NCBI GenBank assembly: GCA_041302875.1
Contig: JBFYQI010000002.1
Location: 1 to 45,722 of the forward strand
Reading direction: 5' to 3'
DNA length: 45,722 nt
From: Ignavibacteria bacterium
GTDB lineage: Bacteria; Bacteroidota; Ignavibacteria; UBA10030
Below the pieces are notes generated by a model. The model had not been told where the DNA came from and ran no database searches. It saw nothing but the letters and a program-made list of their open reading frames with translations. The position numbers and the translations under genes are program-made. Every line of letters begins with the position of its first letter. Within the stretch, counting starts at the first letter, position 1. Below, piece by piece: positions 15,116 through 25,084 of this stretch.

Positions 15116-18109
15116 CTATTTGATGATCGCAAACTTGCCCGTGCTCTTCTCGCCGTCCGGTGTCTCGACCACAAAAATGTACAGACCGAAAGCGACTTCC
15201 ACACCCGACTGATTCGTCAGGTTCCAATCCTCGACGCCCGAGAGATTCGTGTGCACGATGCGTTGGACAAGTTCACCGCGGACGGTGTAGATCGAGATCG
15301 TGCATTCGGGGGGCAGGAATGTGAACTGGACCTTCCGCACGTTCTGGATCTGTTCCCACGCCGCGGCACCGATATACGGATTCGGAACGACGCGGATCTT
15401 GCTCATCAACTGCGAGGCCGAGATGCCGGGCGTTGTCAGAGAATACGGAGCCGTTTGGACGTAGAACGTATCCCTCGTCGTCACCGCGCTGTACGTCTGA
15501 ATCGTGAAATACTGACCGATCGTCGGCAGTCGGGCACCGAGGGACGAGTCACTCGCGACCGTGTCAATCTTGATCGCGTAGGGGACCTTCGCGACGGTAT
15601 AGATCCCAAGGGTATCTCCGACCCCAGAGGGATTTCTGTAGGGGATATTGACGATGCGGATCGGTTCGCCGAGATTGAGCGCGCCGTTGTGATTCGCATC
15701 TTCCATCATGGCCGTCACTTGTTGCGGCACCATTCCATTGGTGACATTCCAGACCTCGAACGGCACCTTTACCTTCGCCAGCAGCGCCTGGTTGCTCGCC
15801 GCAATAGTGTCCACGTACGATCCCTGATCGGTGAATCGGAATTCATAATCGCCGCCGCGGGAATTCGTGTCGGCAGCGGTGTAGTTCGTCCGAAGCGAGA
15901 CGAACCATCGATTGACCTGGTTCTTGTTCGAGGAGCTGTTGACCGTCTTGCCAAGTTCATCCTTGATCGTCTTGATCCCGCCGATCTGCGCATCCGTTTC
16001 GATCCGGAGCCACAGGCCATCGATGACCGTCAATTCGTCCGATTTCAATGGCGCCTTCGCAAGAAGCGAATCTGCCGAGGAGTAGACCCGGAAGGTATCC
16101 GCAATGGCCTTATTGAAGGCCACCTTGTACATGTTCGTGCCGATCTTTGCCGGGTCGGCGATGGAAACCTTCACGTTCGCCTTGCCCACGGTTGCAGACT
16201 TGGTCACCGTGTAGTTCGGACGCTGGTATCCGGCCGGGTCCGTCCGCGGCGTGAGGTCGACAAAGTTCGGATCGGTCGAGGTCGTTCCCTTGGAGGATTC
16301 GTTAGACTCCAGCGAACCCTGGACGCCCATGTCGTATGACGTGATCGTGTACGAATACTGCACCCCGTTGGACACGGTCGAATCGACCCACATATGACGC
16401 AGTCCGGTGTTCGAACCGAGGAAGTTGAAGCTGTTCTGCGGGTCCGGGCCCTGAATGTCGTTGATCTTGTCAAACTGTGCGATGGGGACGTATCCGACCA
16501 AGCGACCCTGTCCATCGTACATCTCCCTCCCCCACGTCGCACCTCCATCCTGGCTCCGGTAGATCTTGTATCCTTCGAAGTCCAGTTGTTTCGTCATCAC
16601 ATCCCGGACCTTCTCTGGCGCGTCAGACCAATACAGCGTGTTCCTTCTATCGCCGGCCACACCGACCAGTTTGGGCGAAGGCGGGACGGAGGGACCGTTG
16701 TATTCCGCGAGGAAAAGTGTCTGTGCGGAGGCGACATTCCTCTTGAACTGATCAAGGGTCTGCGCCGCGGTGTACGCGATACAGGCACGCACGGATTCGC
16801 CGGGGTTCAACGTGAACAGACTGGTCGACATCAGAGCGCCGAACTGCGTGTAATCCCATCGCGACGGGACGAGGTATGTTGAATCGAAGACATCAAAATG
16901 CACGTTGCTTCCGCCATGGAAGTAATTGGAGGCGGCCGGTCGGCCAGCGATACTGAATGCCGGGTCATTGGGATTGCTGATCATCACCGGATAGATATTC
17001 CGGTTCGTCTTCTTCGGCATGTACGTCGTGTTCATGCGGAAGAAGTGCCCGTCTGTGACGCCCATATCCTTCGGCGTCCCGAGGATCACGCTGCCAAAGT
17101 AGCCGCTGTTGATGCCGCGGATCGGATCCGTCGCGCCATTCCAATCCCAGTTGGCTAACGCGTTGTCATAGCCGTTCGGATTGATCCCCGAATTGAATGT
17201 GATGTACCCCTCTTCGTTTGCGTCACCGAATCGGAAGTCGAGCAAGTATCCCCAAGTGCATGAATCCAGCACGACATTGCTCGTATTCGTGATGATGAAA
17301 TCATAGAAGTGAAGATCCTGTCCGAATCGTCTTCCCCAGCTATATGCCTGCATCTGCACCTGGACCCCCATCGGAACATCAGGCGGTTGCGCGTTGCGAT
17401 CGCTGAAGACCGTATAGACCTCCCGGTCCGCGGCGAACTCCCCGGGGATCTGCTGGCGGAATGTCGCTGAGAGCGTATCCATGTCGATGCGGAAGCGCCC
17501 CGGCCAGAATCGCCACAGATTCTTGGATTCATCGTACCATCCAGCACGTTGGGTGATGACGGCCTGATCCGCGGTTGAAAGCGAATCCCATGGACCAACA
17601 GGCCCGGATTGCCACGCATTGGATGCGTCGAAGTATCCTGCCGGCCATGTCAGGGGAATATCACTATGGGCCATGCGCGGACTTCCATCGGGTGCTTTGA
17701 TCTCCGACGGCTGGTCGTTCGCACAGTACTGCCCCACGCCCCCCGCCACACCCTGCCAGTCCTCATTGTAACGATTACTGTAGCTATCGATGACGTTTCC
17801 CTTCGAGCCGAACACGACTCCGCCTCGATTGACGGCATTGACATCACCCGTGTTGGTCGCGAGCCCCTTGCTCTTGGGCCAGCGGAAGACATACATCGCC
17901 GATCGTTGATAGCTGTCGGTGATCAGCCCCTGGTTCCCGCACACGTTGATCAGTTCCCCCTTGTCAAGAAGTCCCCAGGTATCCTCTACGCTCCGGCTCA
18001 CTTTCTTCAGCGCGGTCGTATCAGGGGACCCTTCCTCCTGAGCGCGGGCAACCGAGACGAGCGACAGGAGCATCGCCGCCAGGATCATTGTCGAACAAGT
18101 CTTGGACAT
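15116..18109 (-). CDS. large secreted protein (997 aa) with T9SS-type C-terminal sorting domain, function unknown
   Basis: Track ORF trimmed to ATG at 18109 (MSKTCSTMILAAMLLSLVSVARAQ, a signal peptide), with GGAGAG upstream. The C-terminus VVPNPYIG...ISIYTVRGELVQRIVH...GLYIFVVETPDGEKSTGKFAIIK resembles a Por secretion tail. Confidence 0.7.
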   Translation of the reverse strand: MSKTCSTMILAAMLLSLVSVARAQEEGSPDTTALKKVSRSVEDTWGLLDKGELINVCGNQGLITDSYQRSAMYVFRWPKSKGLATNTGDVNAVNRGGVVFGSKGNVIDSYSNRYNEDWQGVAGGVGQYCANDQPSEIKAPDGSPRMAHSDIPLTWPAGYFDASNAWQSGPVGPWDSLSTADQAVITQRAGWYDESKNLWRFWPGRFRIDMDTLSATFRQQIPGEFAADREVYTVFSDRNAQPPDVPMGVQVQMQAYSWGRRFGQDLHFYDFIITNTSNVVLDSCTWGYLLDFRFGDANEEGYITFNSGINPNGYDNALANWDWNGATDPIRGINSGYFGSVILGTPKDMGVTDGHFFRMNTTYMPKKTNRNIYPVMISNPNDPAFSIAGRPAASNYFHGGSNVHFDVFDSTYLVPSRWDYTQFGALMSTSLFTLNPGESVRACIAYTAAQTLDQFKRNVASAQTLFLAEYNGPSVPPSPKLVGVAGDRRNTLYWSDAPEKVRDVMTKQLDFEGYKIYRSQDGGATWGREMYDGQGRLVGYVPIAQFDKINDIQGPDPQNSFNFLGSNTGLRHMWVDSTVSNGVQYSYTITSYDMGVQGSLESNESSKGTTSTDPNFVDLTPRTDPAGYQRPNYTVTKSATVGKANVKVSIADPAKIGTNMYKVAFNKAIADTFRVYSSADSLLAKAPLKSDELTVIDGLWLRIETDAQIGGIKTIKDELGKTVNSSSNKNQVNRWFVSLRTNYTAADTNSRGGDYEFRFTDQGSYVDTIAASNQALLAKVKVPFEVWNVTNGMVPQQVTAMMEDANHNGALNLGEPIRIVNIPYRNPSGVGDTLGIYTVAKVPYAIKIDTVASDSSLGARLPTIGQYFTIQTYSAVTTRDTFYVQTAPYSLTTPGISASQLMSKIRVVPNPYIGAAAWEQIQNVRKVQFTFLPPECTISIYTVRGELVQRIVHTNLSGVEDWNLTNQSGVEVAFGLYIFVVETPDGEKSTGKFAIIK

Positions 18110-18134
18110 ACTGCTCTCCTCAGAGGTCTGATAA

Positions 18135-20831
18135 TTAGAGATCGATTCGGACACCGACTTGGATCCGTCGGCGAACGTCGACATTCGCAGGATTCCGTTG
18201 ACGGTCTGGCGTGTTCTGCGTGATCGGACCCGCATCCCAGGGATCTCCCGTCGCAGTCCAGACCAACTGCGTGTTGACGGCATCAAGGAGATTGGTGATC
18301 TTCACGAATGCGGACAGCTTCACACCGGCGACCGGGATCACGCGCTCCACGCGCATGTCGATCTGGGCGGTGCCCGCCTTGCGCCCCGAGTTCTTCTCGA
18401 CGACCAGTTGATCACCGGACTCGAACGTGTTGGGTGTGTAGGGCAAGCCGCTCGCCACCTGGACAACGAAGTTCGCGTTGAAGTACTCAAAGGGATAGAT
18501 GCCGAAGACCTCCGGCCCGAACTGTCGCGGGAACGCGATGTTCAGCAATCCTGAGAGCACATGCCGACGGTCGAAGTCAAGATAGAAGACGCGCTTCGGA
18601 CGAAGGACGGCATTCGATCCGCGATAGTCGAGATAGCCCTCCGCCGGATCCGACTCATTCCCTTTCGCGATCGAGTAGGTGTAGGTCAGGCTTCCGCTGA
18701 AGTATCCGCTCATCTTCTTGCGGAGGGCGACATCGACGCCGTTCACTTTTCCGTAGTTCGAATTGTCATAGATCGTGTAGGCGTACGGGTACACGGCGTG
18801 ATAGGTACTGCCGACGAGATTCGTGATGTCCTTGAAATACGCTCCGAGGTCGATCGAATAGTCGTCGCTGAGTTGCTGCTTCACGCCGAACTCGAACGCG
18901 ACGGTCCGTTGCGGTTCGATCCCCGGGTTGCCAACGAGCGCGGCGTTCACGGAGGGATCGCGCAGTTTGAACATCTCAAGATAATCTGCGCGCTGGAAGA
19001 AGTGGCCGTAGGAACTGTAGAAGACCGTCCGCTCGGTGATGGGGAATGCGATCCCAAGCCGCGGACTGATCTGCAAGGAGGGATCGGTCGGCAATTCGTT
19101 CGTGACGACCCACAACTTGGTCGTTTCGTCCTTGTAGCCGCCCGGATCGGTTACGGTCGGCCAGCGCGTATCCTTCACATCTACGTAGTCCAACCGGATG
19201 CCCGCATTGATGAGGAAGGAATTGAACTCCAGCTTGTCCTGGATATACGCCGCAACTTCAAAAGGATAGCGGCGGAAGGATTCATACGCCCAGAATCCTC
19301 CGGCCCACGGTTCCTGAAACGAGGTCCGCTTGATGTCATGGAACGTGATCTCCGCACCGACCTTCACAAGGTTGTACCGGTCGAGCTGCTGCATCAGATC
19401 AACCTTCGTGATGAAATAGCTGAGGTTGTTCGCAACGTAATCTCCCAGATCCCCCCCCTGGGTGAATTGATTGCCGGAGCTCTTCACATAGTTCGATTCC
19501 AGGAGGAGCCCCTCCGGGGAGAAGACCGCGTACTTGCCCGGCGTGTACAGACGGAAATCCCGGGTGTTATAAGTAAGATTGAGGGTCAGCGCCGTTTCGG
19601 TGTTTGGGAAGTAATGGACGGCGATATTGTCTCGCACAGTTTCATCCGACCGATGCGGATAGCCGTCCGGGACATATTTCCATATGTGCGAGTACAATTT
19701 ATATGCCCGCCAGAATCGGCGGTCGGCGATGCTGAATTTCCACGACCCGAATGTGTAGGAGAATCGGGCATTCGTCTCGCGCTCTTTGTTAAAGCCCCAC
19801 GGCATTTGGCTGAGCGCATTCTCGATGCGACCGGATACGAAGAACTTCAGATCAGGAACGATCGGCATCGGACCACTCAGGTTCATCGACAGCTGTCCGA
19901 GAAAATCGATGTCGGGGAACAGGTCCCGCGTCTCATCCATGGATTGCGGCTCGTAGGCCGATGGAATATCGAGGATGACGTTCCCTTTGTCGTCGATCCG
20001 CGGCCTGCGGACGCCATTGGCATCGATGCCCATATAGTCATTCGCGAGGGCATCGGCCATGTGGTACGGCGATTCATTCAGCTGGGCGGACTCGAACTCC
20101 ACCCGGCCGTTGTAGCTTGCGCCGCCTTCTTTTGTCACGATGTTCACGACGCCGGAAAGCGCTTGGCCGTACTCCGCGCTGAATCCACCGGTGAGCACCT
20201 GGAGTTCCTGGATCGCATATTTGTCCAATTGCGACCCCATGGTGCCGCTCAGCGGATCGCGCATCGGAACCCCGTCGATCATGTACACCACTTCGCCGCT
20301 CCGGCCTCCGCGCGCGTGCAACTCTCCGCTTGCGTCGGTCACGAAGCCGGCCTGCAGTCCGACGACCTGTTGAAAGCTCACGACCGGAAGGTTGGAGAAT
20401 GTCTCAGCCGAAACGATGGACATCTTCGACGTTTCATCCTTGTTGATCATCGGGCGTTCCGCCGTGACAACCACTTCCTGCCCGAGCGCCACCGTCGACT
20501 CGGTCATGTCGAGTTGGACGTTCGTGGTCAGGTCCGCCCGCACGATCACCTCGGTCACGAGCTGCGTCGCGTATCCCAGCAGTGTCGCGCGCACGCGGTA
20601 TGTTCCCGGAGGGACATTGATAATGACGATGCGACCTTCGACATCGGTCGCTCCCCCGATCGACGTCCCCTCGAGCATAACGTTCACCATCGCGAGCGGT
20701 TCGCCGGTCTTCTTGTCGACGGCTTTCCCGACGATCTTGCCGGTCGTTCCGCCGAACGCTGCCGTGACGATCAGCAACGCCAGTGCCGCGACGATCCAGC
20801 GAGAGAAGAGAATGCGAAGTGGGTGTCTCAT
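18135..20831 (-). CDS. TonB-dependent receptor with N-terminal carboxypeptidase-regulatory-like domain
   Basis: Trimmed to ATG at 20831 (MRHPLRILFSRWIVAALALLIVTAAFG). CarboxypepD_reg-like region: GKIVGKAVDKKTGEPLAMVNVMLEGTSIGGATDVEGRIVIINVPPGTYRVRATLLGY. Plug-like region: ...LPVVSFQQVVGLQAGFV...HARGGRSGEVVYMIDGVPMRD. A long barrel follows. Confidence 0.85.
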   Translation of the reverse strand: MRHPLRILFSRWIVAALALLIVTAAFGGTTGKIVGKAVDKKTGEPLAMVNVMLEGTSIGGATDVEGRIVIINVPPGTYRVRATLLGYATQLVTEVIVRADLTTNVQLDMTESTVALGQEVVVTAERPMINKDETSKMSIVSAETFSNLPVVSFQQVVGLQAGFVTDASGELHARGGRSGEVVYMIDGVPMRDPLSGTMGSQLDKYAIQELQVLTGGFSAEYGQALSGVVNIVTKEGGASYNGRVEFESAQLNESPYHMADALANDYMGIDANGVRRPRIDDKGNVILDIPSAYEPQSMDETRDLFPDIDFLGQLSMNLSGPMPIVPDLKFFVSGRIENALSQMPWGFNKERETNARFSYTFGSWKFSIADRRFWRAYKLYSHIWKYVPDGYPHRSDETVRDNIAVHYFPNTETALTLNLTYNTRDFRLYTPGKYAVFSPEGLLLESNYVKSSGNQFTQGGDLGDYVANNLSYFITKVDLMQQLDRYNLVKVGAEITFHDIKRTSFQEPWAGGFWAYESFRRYPFEVAAYIQDKLEFNSFLINAGIRLDYVDVKDTRWPTVTDPGGYKDETTKLWVVTNELPTDPSLQISPRLGIAFPITERTVFYSSYGHFFQRADYLEMFKLRDPSVNAALVGNPGIEPQRTVAFEFGVKQQLSDDYSIDLGAYFKDITNLVGSTYHAVYPYAYTIYDNSNYGKVNGVDVALRKKMSGYFSGSLTYTYSIAKGNESDPAEGYLDYRGSNAVLRPKRVFYLDFDRRHVLSGLLNIAFPRQFGPEVFGIYPFEYFNANFVVQVASGLPYTPNTFESGDQLVVEKNSGRKAGTAQIDMRVERVIPVAGVKLSAFVKITNLLDAVNTQLVWTATGDPWDAGPITQNTPDRQRNPANVDVRRRIQVGVRIDL

Positions 20832-20939
20832 GAGATCTTCCTGCAGGATAGGTGAGGAACAGAACAACATCAGACCGACCGCCGGAAGATGGTTCACATC
20901 CCGGCGGACGGCCTGGAGCGGAAGAAATTCAGGTTTGGA

Positions 20940-21995
20940 TTACTTGACCAGCGCCATTCGGCGGGTCAGCGTTTCGTTCCCCGCGCGAACCGTGTAGAAG
21001 TACAGACCGCTTGGATTATCCATCGCATTCCACTTCGTCCGATACAAGCCCGGGTTCAGTGTGTGGTCAACGAGGGTCGCGACTTCTCGACCGAGCATGT
21101 CATGCACTTTGACCGTGACGAGCTGCGTCGAGGCGACGGCGAACTCAATGGTCGTTGACGGATTGAACGGATTGGGAAAGTTCTGCGCCAACTGCAGGCT
21201 TTGGGGTACCGCATTGTTCATGGTCTCGACGTACGAGGAGCCCCCGGAAGGAACGACGGCGGCCCATGATGTGCCGAGGCGAAGCTCGTCGAGTTCAACG
21301 AACGGCGTCTTGGTCGAGGCATCTTGTCGCAACATGAACCGCACAGTGCTTGTCAGATCTGCTACGGTATTCACCCCGGTCGCTGTCGGAGCTGGCTCCG
21401 TGCCGCCAAATGTGGAAGCGTCCGGGTTGATCCATACCTTCGCGACATCGTTCGTGTCTCCCGCAACGAATGTATATGCAACAACGATAAGGTAGGTATC
21501 GCCCACAGTGTACCCCGAGGACCACGACTGCGTATTTGCAGTGATGCGCGCACTGATGCCGACGTCAAAACTGGTCCCGTTCATTCTTGTCCACACAGGC
21601 GCTCCCGTTGCGGTGCTCGTCGACGACTGATAGAATCCCGCAATGTACCCCCCCGTCGCATCAAGCCCACCGAGTGCGGTCACGCGCATCAAGAACGAAT
21701 AGTAGATCGATCCGGTCGCGATGGAGTCAAAGGTCATCACAAGATCTTTGCCAGCACCATCGAACGCGATCTTGTTTCCAGTCGAAGCCACGTAACCCGG
21801 ATAGGTCAGGCTTCCGGTGTAGACGAAGATCGTATCCCCAGAGTTCAGCGCCGTCCAGCCCGGCTGATCACCGAGGATCGCTAGATTCGCATAATCGAAG
21901 CCCTCGTAGTGTGGCAACGTTGCTTGAGCCATCGCGAGAGAACCGAACAGAAGCAAAGACCCCACAGCGAAGAAACATCGTACCATATTCCTCAT
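20940..21995 (-). CDS. secreted protein (351 aa) with T9SS C-terminal sorting domain, function unknown
   Basis: Trimmed to ATG at 21995 (MRNMVRCFFAVGSLLLFGSLAMAQA). The C-terminus is QNFPNPFNPSTTIEFAV...VHDMLGREVATLVD...PSGLYFYTVRAGNETLTRRMALVK. Confidence 0.7.
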   Translation of the reverse strand: MRNMVRCFFAVGSLLLFGSLAMAQATLPHYEGFDYANLAILGDQPGWTALNSGDTIFVYTGSLTYPGYVASTGNKIAFDGAGKDLVMTFDSIATGSIYYSFLMRVTALGGLDATGGYIAGFYQSSTSTATGAPVWTRMNGTSFDVGISARITANTQSWSSGYTVGDTYLIVVAYTFVAGDTNDVAKVWINPDASTFGGTEPAPTATGVNTVADLTSTVRFMLRQDASTKTPFVELDELRLGTSWAAVVPSGGSSYVETMNNAVPQSLQLAQNFPNPFNPSTTIEFAVASTQLVTVKVHDMLGREVATLVDHTLNPGLYRTKWNAMDNPSGLYFYTVRAGNETLTRRMALVK

Positions 21996-22120
21996 GATGA
22001 CCTCTCTCTTAATAATGAAGGATGTTGTGAATGGGTCGATGTAGGCAGACAGGGAGAACCAAGAAACATGCCCTGCGATTTCGCCGAAATCCGCCAGAAA
22101 TCGATTAGAGCTGAATCGAA

Positions 22121-22139
22121 GCGGGCTGTTCTCGCCCGC
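22121..22139 (-). terminator. candidate terminator hairpin after the GNAT gene
   Basis: Stem gcgggc / gcccgc (6 bp, 7-nt loop). On the minus strand it is followed by TTCGATTC. It lies ~90 nt downstream of the stop at 22230. Confidence 0.3.
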
Positions 22140-22229
22140 CAATCGGGAAAATCGGTCTCAGTCTTTCGGGGGCGCCTGCGGCAAGCGTACGGATATTCCT
22201 TGAACTTCGCAAGTCCTCCAGGGACTTCT

Positions 22230-23354
22230 TCAGGCGATTTCTTTGCGGTAGCACCGTCTTCGCTTGTGCTGGCGATGGTCGTAGTAGCGCCATTGCGCCT
22301 GAACCTTGGCATTCTCCTCCAATTCCCTATTCGTCTCCACCTTGTCCACTCCCCTGCGGACGAATGTCTTGTGCATTTCGTGGATAAGGATGGCGTTGAT
22401 CCCTTTATTCTGCGCCTCCGGACGAACCGCCGTCAGATAGAGATCGGCGTTCCGCTCATACTTCATTGCCCACAAGACATGAAGGAAGCCGAACGGGAAC
22501 AAGCGGCCCTTGTTCTTCTGGAACGCGTGGGAGAGCGACGGCATTGCGATGCCAAAGGCTACGACGTGGTTCGATTCGTCCAGCACGACCGGAACGAAGT
22601 CAGGAAGGATGTAGCCGAAGTACTGCTCCACGTATTTATCGATCTGTTTGTCGGACAACTCGACAAATCCGTACAATTCCCTGAATCCGTCGTTCAACAC
22701 CTGGAAGATCTCGCGGGCATACGGCAGCAGGTCTTTCCGCTTACGCGCTTGCAGGACGTGGAGGCGATTTCGCTGCAATGCGATCTCCGAAAGCCGTGAG
22801 ATCTTTTCCGGGATCTCCTTCTTCATCGTGACCTGGAATTCGACCCAGTCCGCATCCTTCACATATCCTGCCCGCTCGATGTGTTCCCCGTAGTACGGGA
22901 AGTTGTAGATCGCACCCAATGTGCTCACTTCCTCAAATCCCTCGACCAGCGTTCCCTCTCCGTCAAGATCGGTGAATCCCAGCGGTCCATGGAGGCTCGT
23001 CATCCCGCGAGATCGCGCCCATTCTTCGACTGTACGGAGCAAGAGAGTTGACACACCGGCATCATCGATAAAATCGAACCAGCCGAAGCGGGCAGCCTTT
23101 GCATGCCATCGCTCGTTGTAGCGATTGTTGATGATGCCGGCGATGCGCCCGACGATTCGGCGTCCATCAAGAGCGAGCCAATACTTCGCTTCGCAGAATT
23201 CGAACGCGGGATTCTTGTCTTCGCGCAAACCGTCGAGTTCGTCGCGCCGCGGAGGGGGAACCCAATACCGGTTGTCCCGGAACAGGTCGTACTGGAACGC
23301 GACAAACCGCCGAAGATCATGAAGGGTGCGGACTTCGACGATGGTTGGATTCAT
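22230..23354 (-). CDS. GNAT-superfamily N-acyltransferase-like protein (374 aa)
   Basis: Trimmed to ATG at 23354 (MNPTIVEVRTLHDLRRFVAFQYDLFRDNRYWVPPP). The C-terminal half has an acetyl-CoA-binding-like segment (YLTAVRPEAQNKGINAILIHEM). It starts 5 nt after the upstream stop. Confidence 0.6.
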   Translation of the reverse strand: MNPTIVEVRTLHDLRRFVAFQYDLFRDNRYWVPPPRRDELDGLREDKNPAFEFCEAKYWLALDGRRIVGRIAGIINNRYNERWHAKAARFGWFDFIDDAGVSTLLLRTVEEWARSRGMTSLHGPLGFTDLDGEGTLVEGFEEVSTLGAIYNFPYYGEHIERAGYVKDADWVEFQVTMKKEIPEKISRLSEIALQRNRLHVLQARKRKDLLPYAREIFQVLNDGFRELYGFVELSDKQIDKYVEQYFGYILPDFVPVVLDESNHVVAFGIAMPSLSHAFQKNKGRLFPFGFLHVLWAMKYERNADLYLTAVRPEAQNKGINAILIHEMHKTFVRRGVDKVETNRELEENAKVQAQWRYYDHRQHKRRRCYRKEIA

Positions 23355-23359
23355 GGCTG

Positions 23360-25057
23360 CTAGAGACGCTGGGTTAATGTGAGATAAGCGGTCCGTTCCG
23401 TAAAGTGCCCGTAGAGCATCGACGGCGATGAGTACCGGGTCCACAACACCGCGGCATTCACAGAAAAACTCTGAGTCACCGACCAGGTCGACGACAGCCG
23501 GAATCGAAGCGAGTTCGCCTGCTGATTGTCGAACGACCACATGACGGAGGCGCGTGATGTCAATGCGTTCGCCAACGTCCGGTGCTGCGCCGTCAACATC
23601 GTGGACCAGTTCGTGGTCTTGCGGTCGATGGAAGCGCTCATGTTGACCGACGGGAGCAACAGGATGTCTTCGGTTGCTGCGATGGTCCCACCGACTCCGA
23701 CCGCGTGGTTGACCGCGCGAACATCCGGTCTCACAGGGAGGTCATACAGCGAACCCGAATAGGTGTAGTCGAAATTCACGGATCGGAGCGTCGACTGCCG
23801 GCTGAAGGAGTACTGCTGGCTCGTCCCGATCACTACCGTGGAAAACCCGTACCGCGCGGAATCGCCGGGGGCGTTGTTGTCCATCGACGAGTAGACGACG
23901 CGGAACGACGTCCCCCATTCACCGACCGGCCGCAGGGTGACCATCGCCGTGGCGGTCTGCCGCACCGTCGTGTTCCTCTTCTGTCCCAACAGATTGTCGT
24001 TCTGACGGGTCCAGCTGACCATGATCGTCCCTGTGGGGATGCGGACCATCGGGGAGATGAGGAATTCCTGCTGATCGTTCGTCAGCCAGCCCACACCGAG
24101 CGATGTATATCCCGGCGCAATGTACTTGTACCCGGTTCGCAGACTCACCGGCGAGAAGCTGAGCATCATGTCGCTGGCGACCATGAAGTCTGCGTTCGAG
24201 CTGAGGCGCGGCTTGAAGATCCCCCGCACGAATTCCGGCACGCTCCCCGTGGTGTCCTCCTCAAGCCGCATGTCGCGCGTGTAGAGGCTTCCGTTCGCCT
24301 CGACATTCCATGTGACGGCACGGTCGAACAGGACCGTCCGCGTTCGGATGCCGGCAACAAGGTTCTCCTGCGGCGTCGTCGCATACGGATTCTGGTATGT
24401 CATATCGAGGGAATCGTTCTCGAACGCGGACACGGAAGGATTCGGATCAGCGAGTGAGGCAGGATCATCGCGCACGCGAAGTACCTGCACATCAAAGAAT
24501 GACGCATATTCGTCCCCGACGCCGATGCTTGCTCCCATCACATACCGTTTGTAGGAGCCGCTTTCCGACCCGCCGTATACGGCCCGGCGTGCTTGTCCTC
24601 CCAACAGACTGAACCGAAGAAGTCCCGGATTGATGATCACGCCGCCGCCGCGCAACGGGATCCCGCTGAGTGTGTACGGAGAGATCTCATCGCTGAAATC
24701 GCCGATATGCGCCCGTCCCCATCGCCACGAGGGATGGAGGCCGATCTGATTGATGTCCTGGCGCGCAGAGTTCCCTTCGGTCGACAAGAGGAGATCCGCG
24801 CTGAGTGTGACCGCATCGAAGACCGTGAGCGTGGGACGAAAGAACAACCTCGCCGTCGACGGATCACGCCGCCGGGGGGCTCCGGTGATCCCGTTCACCT
24901 CTCCATACGCCGTCAATTCGCCCGAGAATCTGAATGCCTCATCAAGAAATCCCGATGCACGACCGCTGGAGTCGGGTGCTTGGGCGATCGCCCGTTCGTG
25001 TGCCCACGCGAGCAAGAAGATGCACGTGCAGACGAGGAATCGTCCGTTGGTAGTCAT
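23360..25057 (-). CDS. outer-membrane beta-barrel protein (565 aa), family unknown
   Basis: Signal peptide MTTNGRFLVCTCIFLLAWAHERAIAQ. The whole protein has an alternating beta-strand pattern rich in Y/R/S/T. Confidence 0.55.
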   Translation of the reverse strand: MTTNGRFLVCTCIFLLAWAHERAIAQAPDSSGRASGFLDEAFRFSGELTAYGEVNGITGAPRRRDPSTARLFFRPTLTVFDAVTLSADLLLSTEGNSARQDINQIGLHPSWRWGRAHIGDFSDEISPYTLSGIPLRGGGVIINPGLLRFSLLGGQARRAVYGGSESGSYKRYVMGASIGVGDEYASFFDVQVLRVRDDPASLADPNPSVSAFENDSLDMTYQNPYATTPQENLVAGIRTRTVLFDRAVTWNVEANGSLYTRDMRLEEDTTGSVPEFVRGIFKPRLSSNADFMVASDMMLSFSPVSLRTGYKYIAPGYTSLGVGWLTNDQQEFLISPMVRIPTGTIMVSWTRQNDNLLGQKRNTTVRQTATAMVTLRPVGEWGTSFRVVYSSMDNNAPGDSARYGFSTVVIGTSQQYSFSRQSTLRSVNFDYTYSGSLYDLPVRPDVRAVNHAVGVGGTIAATEDILLLPSVNMSASIDRKTTNWSTMLTAQHRTLANALTSRASVMWSFDNQQANSLRFRLSSTWSVTQSFSVNAAVLWTRYSSPSMLYGHFTERTAYLTLTQRL

Positions 25058-25084
25058 TGATCTCTCCGTTCCTCGTTCAATGTC

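Noticed and set aside
15041-16339. 432-aa plus-strand ORF
   Set aside because: It is antisense to the 997-aa T9SS cargo gene. It is Arg-rich with no signal peptide or motif.
18561-20855. 764-aa plus-strand ORF
   Set aside because: It is antisense to the TonB-dependent receptor and has shadow-ORF composition.
21996-22229. Search for a sigma-54 promoter upstream of the TonB/T9SS operon, which might be controlled by the nearby NtrC-type regulator
   Set aside because: Candidate GG...GC pairs (for example CTGGCGGATTTCGGCG and TGGTTCTCCCTGTCTGC) have the wrong spacing or lack the TTGC element. There is no support for sigma-54 control of this operon.
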